Below are positions 12,323 through 24,949 of a stretch of DNA of 64,000 bases, one piece after another (position 1 is the first letter of the stretch; every line of letters begins with the position of its first letter). The notes beneath the pieces are model-generated. The model had not been told where the DNA came from, searched no databases, and saw nothing but the letters and a program-made list of their open reading frames with translations. Both the position numbers and the translations under genes were made by a program. This stretch comes from Heterodontus francisci (lineage: Eukaryota): contig NC_090381.1 in the NCBI RefSeq assembly GCF_036365525.1, positions 77,851,174-77,915,173 of the forward strand, in the 5' to 3' direction.

Positions 12323-14127
12323 ACACTTGCCAATATTTTTTCATGCCTTTGTTTTGCTTTCCTAATTTCCTTATTAATTTCGCTCCAGCATTTTTTTTAT
12401 ACTCCTCTAGGCTTTCTGCAGTAATGAGCTTTTGGCATCTGACAAAAGCTTTCTTTTTTTGCCTTATTCCTCTCTGTCTAGATTTGAGAGTCCCACCCTT
12501 TTTCTTTGTGGGAACATATTTGGACTAAATCCTCTTTAGCTCCTCCTTAAATGCTTCCCACTGTTCTGATAGTGATTTACCATCAAGTAGCTGTTTCCAG
12601 TCCATTTTTGCCACATCACAGCTTCATAAAATTGGTCTTTCCCCAACTTAAAAACTTTTACTCAGTCTATCTTGATCCTTTTCCATTACTACACTAAATC
12701 TAAGTGAATTATGATCACTACCACTAAAATGCTCTCCCACCGATATCACTTCCAACTGCCCAAATTTATTCCCTAAAATCTAGAACTGCCCCTTCTCTTT
12801 TTGGAAGGGAACATACTGGCTAAAAAAGTTCTCCTGAATGCATTTTAAGAATTCTGCACCCTCTGTACCTCCTACACTGAAGTTATCCCAGTTAATATTT
12901 AGGAAGTTGAAATCCCTTACTACTGCCCTTTTGTCCCTGCACTTTTAGCAAATTGCTTACATATTTGCTCTTCTATCTCCCACTGACTGTTTCGGGGTCT
13001 ATAGTATACTCCTGGCAATGTGACTGCCTCTTTTTTGTTCCTCAGTTCAACGTATATGGCTTCATTTGATGCTCCTTCTGGCATATCAGTCCTCCTCACA
13101 GCTGTGATTGTTTCCTAAACAAATATTGTGATCTCCCCTCCTTTTTTATTCCCCCTTCTATCTCGTCTGAAAACCCTGTAACCAGGAATGTTGAGCTGTC
13201 ATTTGTGCCCTTCTTTCAGCCATATCGCACTAATAGCTATGATGATATACTTCCAAGTATCTATCTGTGCCCTCAGCTCATCTGCCTTATTCAGTAGACT
13301 CCTTGCATCAAAGTACAGACTACGAATCACTGAACAACTCCTTTGTTGTCTATTTTCTAGCCTTTAATTCCTCAATCTTCCATGCTCGTTTACTAATTTT
13401 CTGCCTTCTGTTTCCAGCTTTGCTTCTCTCCCTTCTGAATCTACGCATAGGTTCCCATTCCCTTGCCAAGCTAGTTTAAACACCCCCCAACAGCACGAGC
13501 AAATCTCCCGCCAAGATATTGGCCCTGGCCCAGTGAAGTGCAACCCATTCAGCGGGTACAGGTCCTGCCTCCCCAAAAGCCACAGGAATATAAAACTCTC
13601 CCTCCAACACCATCTCTCCAGTCACACATTCAGCTGCACTATCCTCCTATTTCTGTACTCACTAGGGCATGGCACTGGGATTAATCCTGTGATTACTATC
13701 TTTGAGATCTTACTTTTTAATTCCTTCCCTAGCTCCCTGTAATCTGCCTGCAGGATCTCATCCTTATTTCTATGTCATTGGTAACAATATAAGCCACGAC
13801 TTCTTGCTGTTCACCCTGCACCCGAGAAATGTTCTGTAGTCAATGACATCTTGACCCAGGCACCAGGGAGCCAACATACCATCCTGGAGTCACATTTTCC
13901 TCCCCTAACACTATTGCTTTCCTGACCCACCTCCTTCCTCCCTGCACAGCTGAGCCACCCACGCAACCATGGACTTGGCTCTGGCTGTATTCCCCAGAGG
14001 AACAACCATCCTTACCAAAGTAAATACCCTCAAGAGACCCCTGTACTACCTACCTGGTCCTGCTTGACGATCTGGCACTCAGTCCCTCGCTTCCTGAACA
14101 CCCTTAAATTGCAGTGTGGCCACATCC

Positions 14128-14210
14128 AGAAACATAGGACTTAGGAGCAGGAGTAGGCCATTCAGCCCTTCGAGCCTGCTCCACCATTTACTATGATCAT
14201 GGCTGATCTA
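14128..14210 (-). mobile_element. CR1 3' tail fragment
   Basis: aggagcaggagtaggccattcagcccttcgagcctgctcc is the reverse complement of the CR1 tails at 45180-45250 and 62030-62100. Confidence 0.65.
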
Positions 14211-14889
14211 CAATGCGTGTGATGAAAATGGGAAATGCTTGTTAGATTGCATCCAGGACTTCAGTATGTTTCAGGTCCAACAAAAAGCACTGCCTCATTT
14301 AGTTCTAGGAAATGATGTGGGATAAATAATTGATGCAAGAATAAAAGAACAATTGTAAAATAGTAACCACAAAATAGCTAGATTCAGTGAAAGAATAAAA
14401 AAGTATAATGAAGAGTCAAAAAGAATTGTGGTAGACTGAACAATTATAAAGTTCAGCAGGTTAAAAAAGGATCTGACCCAAATTAATAGGACAAAAAAAA
14501 TTAGCAAATAGGTTAGCAGATCAGCAGTGGGAAATCTTCAAATATGAAATAGATAGAATACTAAATATATTCTTAATGGCAATAAAGGGGTGCATCAGAG
14601 AATGGTGTTTTAAATGGATTAAAATTGCACAAACTTAAAAGGGAGGCATCAAATAAAATTATGAGTTACAATATTAAACATAATCATAAGAACTGTAAGG
14701 TATATGGGAGATGAAATCAGAGATTAGGAGGACAGTAGGGAAATGTGAAAAAGGTGAATAAATAACCTAAAAGGTAATAGTAATAAGAAAAAGCACAAGT
14801 TAGACAGGGTAGGACCACAAGGATAAAAGTGACTGTAATTGTGAAAGAAGTTAGGCACTACTTTTTACAAATGGTCTTTCCCCATTTCC

Positions 14890-17000
14890 TGAATGAACAA
14901 CTGTTAGAGAGTCTTTCAAGCGTCAGTTGATTAGAATCCAGAACCAGCATGATCCTGTGAGGAAGAAGGATAGGTTTGGCAAGTTTCAGGAACCTTGGAT
15001 AACGCGGGATATTGTGAGCCTCGTCAGAAAGAAAAAAGGAAGTATTCGTAAGGGCTGGAAGGCTAGGAACAGACGAATCCCTTGAGGAATATAAAGACAG
15101 TAGGAAGGAACGTAAGCAAGGAGTCAGGAGGGCTAAAAGGGGTTATGAGAAGTCATTGGCAAACAGGATTAAGGAAAATCCCAAGGCTTTTTATACGTAT
15201 ATAAAGAGCAAGAGGGTAACCAGGGAAGTGGTTAGCCCACTCAAGGACAGAGAAGGGAATCTATGTGTGGAGCCAGAGGAAATGGGCGAGGTACTAAATG
15301 AGTACTTTGCATCAGTATTCACCAAGGAGAAGGACTTGGTGGATGATGAGCCTAGGGAAGGGAGTGTAGATAGTCTCAGTCATCTCATTATCAAAAAGGA
15401 GGAGGTGTTGGGTGTCTTGCAAAGCATTAAGGTAGATAGGTCCCCAGGGCCTGATGGGATCTACCCCAGAATACTGAGGGAGGCAGGGAAGAAATTGCTG
15501 GGGCCTTGACAGAAATCTTTGCATCCTCATTGGTTACAGGTGAGGTCCCAGAGGACTGGAGAATAGCCAATGTTGTTCCTTTGTTTAAGAAGGGTAGCAA
15601 GAATAATCCAGGAAATTATAGGCCGGTGAGCCTTACGTCAGTGGTAGGGAAATTATTAGAGAGGATTCTTCGGGACAGGATTTACTCCCATTTGGAAACA
15701 AACGAACTTATTAGCAAGAGGCAACATGGTTTTGTGAAGGGGAGGTCGTGTCTCACTAATTTGATTGAGTTTTTTGAGGAAGTGACGAAGATGATTGATG
15801 AAGGAAGGGCAGTGGATGTTATCTATATGGACTTCAGTAAAGCCTTTGATAAGGTCCCTCATGGCAGACTGGTACAAAAGGTGAAGTCACACGGGATCAG
15901 AGGGGAGCTGGCAAGATGGATACAGAACTGGCTCGGTCATAGAAGACAGAGGGTAGCAGTGGAAGGGTGCTTTTCTGAATGGAGGGATGTGACTAGTGGT
16001 GTTCCGCAGGGATCAGTGCTGGGACCTTTGCTGTTTGTAGTATATATAAATGATTTGGAGGAAAATGTAGCTGGTCTGATTAGTAAGTTTGCGGACGACA
16101 CAAAGGTTGGTGGAATTGCGGACAGTGATGAGGATTGTCAGAGGATACAGCAGGATATAGATCGGTTGGAGACTTGGGCGGAGAAATGGCAGATGGAGTT
16201 TAATCCGGACAAATGTGACATAATGCACTTTGGAAGGTCTAATGCAGGTGGGAATTACACAGTAAATGGCAGAACCCTTAGGAGTATTGACAGGCAGAGA
16301 GATCTGGACGTACACGTCCACAGGTCACTGAAAGTGGTAACGCAGGTGGATAAGGTAGCCATGAAGGCATACGGCATGCTTGCCTTAATCGGTCGGGGCA
16401 TAGAGTATAAAAATTGGCAAGTCATCCTGCAGCTGTACAGAACTTTAGTTAGGCCACACCTTGAATATTGCGTGCAATTCTGGTCGCCACACTACCAGAA
16501 GGACGTGGAGGCTTTGGAGAGGGTACAGAAGAGGTTTATCAGGATGTTGCCTGGTCTGGAGGGCATTAGCTATGAGGAGAAGTTGGATAAACTTGGATTG
16601 TTCTCACTGGATCGGACGGAGGTGGAGGGGCGACATGATAGAGGTTTACAAAGTTATAAGCGGCATGGACAGAGTGGATAGTCAGAAGCTTTTTCCCAGG
16701 GTAGAAGAGTTAGTTACTAGGGGACATAGGTTTAAGGTGAAAGGGGCAAAGTTTAGAGGGGATGTGCGAGGCAAGTTCTTTACACAGAGGGTGGTGAGTG
16801 CCTGGAACTTGTTGCCGGGGGAGGTGGTGGAAGCAGGTACCATAGAGACGTTTAAGAGGCATCTTGACAAATACATGAATATAATGGGAACAGAGGGATA
16901 CGGACCCCGGAAGTGCTGAAGGTTTTAGTTTAGGCAGGCATCAAGATCGGCGCAGGCTTGGAGGGCTGAATGGCCTGTTCCTGTGCTTTTCTTTGTTCGT
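14890..17000 (+). mobile_element. Young 5'-truncated CR1 LINE inside an older decayed CR1 (about 14300-17650)
   Basis: ORFs 15156-15509, 15506-16681 and 16461-16919 carry the complete RT motif set, with a 3' tail cctgttcctgtgct...ctttgttc. Confidence 0.93.
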
Positions 17001-19039
17001 TGATAACTGCAGAAAACAATTTGGTTCTAAAAATAATTCAGAAAAACTCAAGGTGCGTAAGTCATTAGGCCAAGATAGCATGCACGCCTACCTGTTGAAA
17101 GTCAAAAAATGGAGGCTCTGGCTATAATTTTTCAATTCTCAACATATGCAAATTGTGCCATGAAACAGAATATTGGCTATTCTAAGTATTTTGTTCAGGA
17201 AGACAGCGAAAGATGAACAAGACAACTAAAGAGTAATTAACCCAAAATCAGTCATGGGCCAATTCTTTAGCCCAGACTTTAGCATACCTTGCCTGGCATT
17301 GATGTCAATGAAGCAAGAATAAATTGGACGGAGTATAAATGGGTTCTGACTCAAACCCGCCCCTTAAAATCGGGGCTTTAGACTTCATAATTAAGATAAA
17401 ATTAGTGCGCATTCAGAAACATAAGAGGTAATCTTTACATAACAGGCTGATAGAGCATGAAATTGTTTGCCACAGGGAATGGTTGAAAAACCACTGCATC
17501 TGTTAAGGGAAAATTGAATAAATATTTGAAGCATAGGAAAACACAGGGCTGTTGGGAGAGTATGTGGCAGTGGATTATTTATGATTACTCTAAATGATTT
17601 GTACAGACTCAATGGGCCAAATGACTTCTATCTGCGATGTAAATTTCTTTGGTTCTTTATATTTGGGCAGGACTTGGCACTGGTGATTGGACTGAATTGC
17701 TTAAACAGGACATTGCCACAACCAGTGAGTGTGTGGCATGGCCTGTTTTTGCCCAAGATTCTTTAAAAGGACTGGAGTCATATTGCTTCCTGGTAACCGC
17801 TCCTTTGTTGTCAAGTTATTCTCTGCCGTTTTATCATCCATGTTTTCAGGTATGGCTCTTGGGTATAGTCACTCTATTTTTTTTCCAGGTCATGATGAAG
17901 AATAATTCCTTAAAACAATGAGTTCTAAAAGTTAGCAATATCAACAGCCACCTTTACTTTTTTCCCTTTTCTTTTAATTTAAATTAAAAATTAAGTCTTC
18001 TGTGGCAAGATCCAAGAAGAGGTCAGCAGTTGGTGATCCAATTCCAGTCAATTAATTCTGCAGTTCTGACTCCGCAGGCCAGATGATAATGATTTGATCA
18101 AAAACTAAAATGTATAGAATGATGATCAAGAAAAAAAACGGACACCAGAGGAGACAAAGCTGATATTAGTAAAAGCAGATTCTATGAAACACACTGACAA
18201 GAATGATTCCCAAGCAAAATGTGCTCAGTCATCTAAACATTTCAGGATTTCAGTACAGCATTACACATTTTCAGGATAGCATCTTCAAAGAAAGCTAGTA
18301 ATGTGAGTCGCATTGCTTAACATGGATTGTGCCCTGCACTGTCTTACATGTCAATTATTGGTCAGAACACTGCAGTAGAGGCTAAGCTATTTCTGAAAAC
18401 AAGATATCATATCGGTGTCACAAATGTTGACAGTATATGGCAGTAATAAACTGTAATGATTTATAATTAATGTATGCAGATGAAATTGGCATCCACGTTT
18501 ATTCTCCACATTAGAGCATTGAAAACAAGCGATGTGCCTATTGGAGCTAAGCTAGTAATCAGTGCTGCCACCATAAGTGTATATACAATGCGTACCTGAA
18601 GCCATATCTAAACTAACGAATGGCCCAATGGTCATGAGACAAGTGATAGACTCAACATACAAGATCCATGCAAAAAAATTTAAAATTATAAAGATTTACT
18701 GGTTTCAGATAACGTGCGGAAGTATTCCCAGCGATTGCAGCAAAAAATGTCAGTTAAGCCACAGGGTTTGGATAGATGTCAATCCATGATACATTTTGCA
18801 CAATTTCTGTTGCTGCTCAGTTTTACTGGACAAAATAGCACATAGTGAAATCACAAAACAGCATCTTTCATGGAATACTGCAAAATCAAAATTTACTTCA
18901 ACTTCTAGTGTAAAAATACCACAAGGAGAAAGTATTAAACACACAATTTCTGAAACAATAAACCAATAAAATGCAGTGGTCTACAAGGATTCTTTGCCAA
19001 AATAAGCTTCACCATACCCTGAAGATAATTTTTACTTAC

Positions 19040-19093
19040 AGGAGAAGGAATAAAGGCTTCCTGGTAATTTTTCGGATTTATTCTCAGTGGACC
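19040..19093 (-). CDS. DIS3L2: DIS3-like exonuclease 2, internal coding exon (54 nt, phase 0/0)
   Basis: Minus strand reads tttacag|GGTCCACTGAGAATAAATCCG...CCTTCTCCT|gtaagt and translates to GPLRINPKNYQEAFIPSP. This matches my recollection of vertebrate DIS3L2 GVLRINPKKFHEAFIPSP (cold-shock domain). Splice sites are canonical AG/GT. Confidence 0.93.
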
Positions 19094-19351
19094 CTGTAAA
19101 TGCCAATGGAAAAAGTGAAGACCTTAATTTTCCAAACCATAGCGTTTTGAGTCATATGTAAAAGTTTACTGCCTCATGTAATTTTTTCATTAACGTCAAA
19201 CTGTAAACTGGCATGGACCACAATTATAATTGTCAAAAATCCATAAAAGCATATAAAAAAACTTGAAAATGTAAGTAGAAATTTGCCATGTGACAGTGAA
19301 ACATCATTTAATTCAGCTAATACTTAATTGTTCCCAAAATAACAATCCTTT

Positions 19352-19475
19352 CACTGGAGTGCTTCAATGTTACAACAGCGACTACACCTCAAAAATACTT
19401 AATTGGTTGTAAAGCACTTAGGGACTTCCCAAGATTGTGAAAAGCACAATAAAAATGCAATTCTGTCTTTCTTTT
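19352..19475 (+). mobile_element. 3' fragment of a SacSINE1/DeuSINE-like SINE
   Basis: ttacaacagcgactacacctcaaaaatact...gtaaagcact is the reverse complement of the tail at 61725-61825. Confidence 0.55.
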
Positions 19476-19626
19476 ACAATACTGCAGCTTGCAAGATAAT
19501 ATATATCATTAATTATTCTCTAAGATCATACCACAATAAAAAAACAACATTCACCACAGAACCAGAGACAGCTCTCTAAAGCATCGGTGCATTACAGTAT
19601 TAAGATATATATATACATATACGTGC

Positions 19627-22600
19627 AAGAACGAGTTGGTGATGCAGAGGTTGTGATAGGCACACAACTCAAGCAGTCTCTGTCCATTCTCATTCATCCT
19701 TCCAATGCCATAGCACCCAAGACAGGAGGGCCATGCTTGAGCTGTGTACCTATCACAACCTCTGCATCATCAACTCGTTCTTTCATACTAAACCCTGTCA
19801 CTAGGTTTCTTGGAGACACCCAAAATCATGTCGTTGGCACCAGCTGGACCTCATCATCACAAGGCGAGCCTCTTTAAACAGCGTTCAAATCACACGCAGC
19901 TTCCACAGTGCGGACTGTGACACCGACCACTCCCTGGTGTGCAGCAAGGTTAGACTCAAACCAAAGAAGCTGCATCACTCCAAGCAAAAGGGCTGCCCGC
20001 GCATCAACACTAGCAGAATTTCTTATCCACAGCTGTTACATAAGTTTCTAAATTCACTTGAAAAAGCCCTTCAAAACACTCCTACAGGGGATGCAGAGAC
20101 CAAGTGGGCCCACATCAGACGCGCCATCTATGACTCAACAACGACCACCTATGGCAAACGTGTGAAGCAGAATGCAGATTGGTTTCAATCTCACTTTGAA
20201 GAGCTGGAACCTGTCATAGCCACTAAGCGCACTGCACTGTTGAACTACAAGAAAGCCCCCAGCGAGTTAACATCCACAGCACTTAAAGCAGCCAGAAGCG
20301 CTGCACAAAGAACAGCCAGGCGCTGTGCAAATGACTACTGGCAACACCAATGCAGTCATATTCAGCTGGCCTCTGACACTGGAAACATCAGAGGAATGTA
20401 TGACGACATCAAGAGAGCTTTTGGGCTAACCATCAGGAAGATGGCCCCGCCCCCCCCACCCAAAGTCTAAATCAGGGGACACAATCACTGACCAACACAA
20501 GCAAATGGACCACTGGGTGGAGCACTACCTAGAACTGTACTCCAGGGAAAATGTTGTCACTGAGACCGCCCTCAATGCAGCCCAGTCTCTGCCTGTCATA
20601 GACGAGCTGGATGTACAGCCAACAAAATCGGAACTCAGTGATGCCAATGATTCTCTAGCCAGCGGAAAAGCCCCTGGGAAGGACGGCATTACCCCTGAAA
20701 TAATCAAGAGTGCCAAGCCTGCTCTACTTTCAGCACTGTACGAACTGCTTTGCCTGTGCTGGGATGACGGAGCAGTACCATAGGACATGCGCGATGCCAA
20801 TATCATCACCCTCTATAAGAACAAGGGTGAACGCGGTGACTGCAACAACTACCGTGGAATCTCCCTGCTCAGCATAGTGGAGAAAGTCTTGGCTCGAGTC
20901 GCTTTAAACAGGCTCCAGGAGCTGGCTGAGCGTGTCTACCCTGAAGCACAGTGCGGCTCTCGAGCAGAGAGATCCACCATTGAAATGCTGTTCTCCCTTC
21001 GCCAGCTACAGGAGAAATGCCGAGAACAACAGATGCCCCTCTACATTGTTTTCATTGATCTCACCAAAACCTTTGACCTCGTCAGCAGACGTGGTCTCTT
21101 CAGACTATTAACAAAGGTTGGATGTCCACCAAAGCTACTAAGTATCATCACCTCATGCCATGACAATATGAAAGGCACAATTCAGCATAGCAATGCCTCA
21201 TCAGACCCCTTTCCTATCCTGAGTGGCGTGAAACAGGGTTGTGTTCTCGCACCTACACTGTTTGGGATCTTCTTCTCCCTGCTGTTCTCACATGCGTTCA
21301 AGTCTTCAGAAGAAGGAATTTTCCTCCACACAAGATCAGATGGCAGGTTGTTCAACCTTGCCCATCTAAGAGCAAAGACCAAAGTATGGAAAGTCCTCAT
21401 CAGGGAACTTCTCTTTGCTGACGATGCTGCATTAACATCCCACACTGAAGAGTGTCTGCAGAGACTCATCGACAGGATTGCAGCTGCCTGCAATGAATTT
21501 GGCCTAACCATCAGCCTCAAGAAAACGAACATCATGGGACAGGACGTCAGAAATGCTCCATCCATCAATATCGGCGACCAAGCTCTGGAAGTGGTTCAAG
21601 AGTTCACCTACCTAGGCTCAACTATCACCAGTAACCTGTCTCTCCATGCAGGCTTCCACTGCTATGTCCAGACTGGCCAAGAGAGGGTGGGAAAATGGCG
21701 CACTGACACGGAACACAAAAGTCCGAGTGTACTAAGCCTGTGTCCCTAGTACCTTGCTCAACAGCAGCGAGGCCTGGACAACGTATGTCAGCCAAGAGGG
21801 ACGTCTCAATTCATTCCATCTTCGCTGCCTCCAGAGAATCCTTGGCATCAGGTGGCAGGATCGTATCTCCAACATATGGGCAGCACAGTGGCGCAGTGGT
21901 TAGCACCGCAGCCTCACAGCTCCAGTGACCCGGGTTCAATTCTGGGTACTGCCTGTGCGGAGTTGCAAGTTCTCCCTGTGACTGTGTGGGTTTTCGCCGG
22001 GTGCTCCGGTTTCCTCCCACAGCCAAGGTCTTGCAGGTTGATAGGTAAATTGGCCATTATAAATTGCCCCTCGTGTAGGTAGGTGGTAGGAGAATTGAGG
22101 GAAGGTGGGGATGTGGTAGGGACTAATATGGGATTAATGTAGGATTAGCATAAATGGGTGGTTGATGGTCAGCACAGACTCAGTGGGCCGAAGGGCCTGT
22201 TTCAGTGATGTATCTCTAAATAAACAAATAAACACAGAAGTCCTCGAGGCGGCCAACATCCCCAGCATATACACCCTACTGAGCCAGCGGCGCTTGAGAT
22301 GGCTTGGCCATGTGAGCCGCATGGAAGATGGCAGGATCCCCAAGGATGCATTGTACAGCGAGCTCGTCACTGGTATCAGACCCACCAGCCGTCCATGTCT
22401 CTGCTTTAAAGATGTCTGCAAATGCGACATGAAGTCCAGTGACATTGACCACAAGTCGTGGGAGTTAGTTGCCAGCGATCGCCAGAGCTGGCGGACAACC
22501 ATAAAGGCCGGGCTAAAGCGTGGCGAGTCGAAGAGACTTAGCAGTTGGCAGGAAAAAAGACAGAAGCGCAAGGCGAGAGCCAACTGTGTAACAGCCCCGA

Positions 22601-22743
22601 CAACCAATTTTATCTGCAGCGCCTGTGGAAGAGTCTGTCACTCTAGAATTGGCTTTATAGCCACTCCAGGCACTGCTTCACAAACCACTGACCACCTCCA
22701 AGCGCTTACCCATTGTCTCTCGAGACAAGGAGGCCAAAGAAGA
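19627..22743 (+). mobile_element. RTE-clade LINE with short 5' inversion, interrupted by a SINE
   Basis: NYRGISLLS, FIDLTKTFD, GVKQGCVLAP, FADD, RRLRWLGHV, a C-terminal CxxC and the ggccaaagaaga tail. 19627-19733 is inverted endonuclease sequence. Possible TSD acgtgca/acatgca. Confidence 0.92.
21878..22230 (+). mobile_element. HE1/V-SINE-like SINE inserted in the RTE
   Basis: gggcagcacagtggcgcagtggttagc head and (taaa)n tail. The RTE frame (ISNT|EVLEAA) resumes after it. Confidence 0.9.
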
Positions 22744-22859
22744 CATGCACACACACAAACATATTATTGATCTTTTGGTAAGTTTTCCATGTTTTGAGAT
22801 TGTAGATGGAAACGCCATGCTCTCCAAGCATTAAAATGATATTTCACACATTTTTAAGA

Positions 22860-23310
22860 TCTGGCCAACATCACCCTGGAACTATATTCCACCAGGATCA
22901 TCCTCTGCCATTTCCACCACCTCCAGCATGATGCCACCACCAGACACATCTTTCCCTCCCGTCTCAGCATTCCGAAGGGACCATTCCCTCTGTGACACTC
23001 TGGTCCACTCCTCCATTACCCGACACCTCGTTCCCCCTCCCACACAATCGCAGGAGGTGTAATATCTGCCCTTTTACCTCCTCTCCCCTCACATCCAAGG
23101 CCACAAACACTCCTTCCTGGTGAAGCAGCAATTTACTTGTACTTCCTTCAATTTAGTATACAGTATTCACTGCTCACAATGCGGTCTCCTCTACAGTGGG
23201 GAGACCAAACGCAGATTGCATAAACACTTTGCTGAACACCTCCACTTGGTCCGCAAGCATGACCCCGAACATCCAGTTGCTTGCCATTTCAACACACTCC
23301 TCCTGCTCTC
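22860..23310 (+). mobile_element. Penelope-like fragment, GIY-YIG endonuclease region
   Basis: FTCTSFNLVYSIHCSQCGLLYSGETKRRLHKHFAEHL, preceded by an AFRRDHSLCDTLVHS-type motif. Confidence 0.85.
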
Positions 23311-23577
23311 ATGGGTTTCCTTCATTTTTGCCAGTCTTTTCTAAGTTCCATGACCCTTCTGCTTGGCAAATTGCTAATAGGTTGAGAAGCTTTTTGAGGC
23401 TTTGAGAATTTGTGGCACTCCACTTTAATTGTTTTCATGTCTTTAAGTTTCAATTACATGCAGTTTTGCATTTCCCCCAGAACCATCCAAATGTGCACGT
23501 GAATTTATGATAATGAACTGATCATGTTAGTCAAAGTAAAATTCTTGACTAGCTATTCCAATCTAATTTATACTAAA

Positions 23578-23810
23578 GCATAACTTGTATTTATGTAATG
23601 GCTTTAACAATGTAAAACATTCTAAGGCGCTTTACAGAAGCATTACCTAACAAAAGTTGACCCTGACACAGAGCCACATAAGGAGACATTAGGACAGATG
23701 TACAAAAGCCTGGTCAAAGAGATAGGTTTTAAGGAGCATCTTAAAGGAGAAAGGGGAGGTAGAGAGGTGTAGGGAGGGAATTCAGAGCTTAGAGCCTTGC
23801 CAACTAAAGT
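23578..23810 (-). mobile_element. L2 LINE 3' end
   Basis: Reverse complement of the L2 tail at 39250-39420 (ccttaaaaccta...tttgaccaggc...ccttatgtggc). Confidence 0.65.
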
Positions 23811-24084
23811 GAAAAAATCCAGGCACTGGCCTCTTTATTACCTCACCCAAGTGACCATTGTTTGTTGATGTTGTGGTCGTATCATAGTTAGGGAGTTCTT
23901 GATAAAGTCTCAGAGTCTGGATAGGGCAACTAATAACTTATTATTTACACATCTCTATTTATACTCTCAAATCTCTCTAGCTAGTATCCTTCGTGCTGCT
24001 ACTCTCTTCTTCCCCGCTATCCCATCATCAAACTACTCCACTGACAACAGGGCAGCGGCAGTTTGGCCTGCATCAAATCTCGTC

Positions 24085-24423
24085 AGAGTCATAGAGAGAA
24101 ACAGCATCGAAACAGGCCCTTCGGCCCAGTGAGTCCATGCCGACCATCAACCACCCATTTATACTAATCCTACATTAATCCCATTTTCCCTCTAACATCC
24201 CCACTTTCCCTCAACTCTCCTACCACCTACCTACACTAGGGGCAATTTTTACAATGGCCAATTTACCAATCAACCTGCAAGTCTTTGGCATGTGGGAGGA
24301 AACCGGAGCACCCGGAGGAAACCCACGCGGTCACAGGGAGAACTTGCAAACTCCGCACAGGCAGTACCCTGAACTGAAGCCGGGTCGCTGGAGCTGAGGC
24401 TGCGGTGCTAACCACTGCGCCGC
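24085..24423 (-). mobile_element. HE1/V-SINE-like SINE
   Basis: Highly similar to 11975-12322. Confidence 0.88.
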
Positions 24424-24633
24424 TCTTGGTCTGCCCCCAACTTCATGTGTCTTCTTCTCTAAGCACCTCACCTGATTTCACACCGCTCATCTCTCCTTTA
24501 AAATCCTTGTTCTCTACCACTCATCCCAAGTTTCTCAATCCTTTCCTCCCTCAGCCTCTGTACAGTGCGGCCTCAGTGATTCAACCATCATCTCATCGTT
24601 CCCTCTTTCCACTGAGTTCACTAACCTCCTAGC

Positions 24634-24801
24634 CAATGTTCCCTTTAAAATTTGATTGTTGTGCAGTTTTTTTTTTCAGGGCATGGTCCCTTTACGTTTT
24701 TTTCGCAGCTGCGCACGCATGGTATTTATCCTGGAACAAGGCCTGCACAGGATCTTCCAAGCTATGTGGCAACACAACTGCGCAACTCAGCAGCAACATT
24801 A
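24634..24801. mobile_element. Possible decayed hAT-type MITE
   Basis: Ends caatgttccc...gcaacatta with imperfect 8-bp flanks ctcctagc/ctcctatg. Confidence 0.4.
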
Positions 24802-24949
24802 CTCCTATGCTTCCTGAACCTCTCCCTCACATAAACTCGCCCACACATTTTCACCCCTCTACCTTGCCAACTGACGTGGCGTCTCTACTCCCACAACCTC
24901 AACCACAGAAAAGGCCATCTCTAATCACTTATTTGTATCCTTCATAACT

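Larger units (their letters stand above)
7790..14100 (-). mobile_element. Old CR1 LINE split by nested insertions (pieces about 7790-8905, 10790-11034, 12323-14100)
   Basis: Minus-strand RT motifs (LGPLLFLVYIN, FADA, QMEFNP), the endonuclease region and an ORF1 esterase remnant (DLYPLNGLHF) are colinear once the inserts are removed. Confidence 0.8.

Noticed and set aside
17650-18010. Possible retroviral env or LTR remnant
   Set aside because: No diagnostic motif is recognisable.
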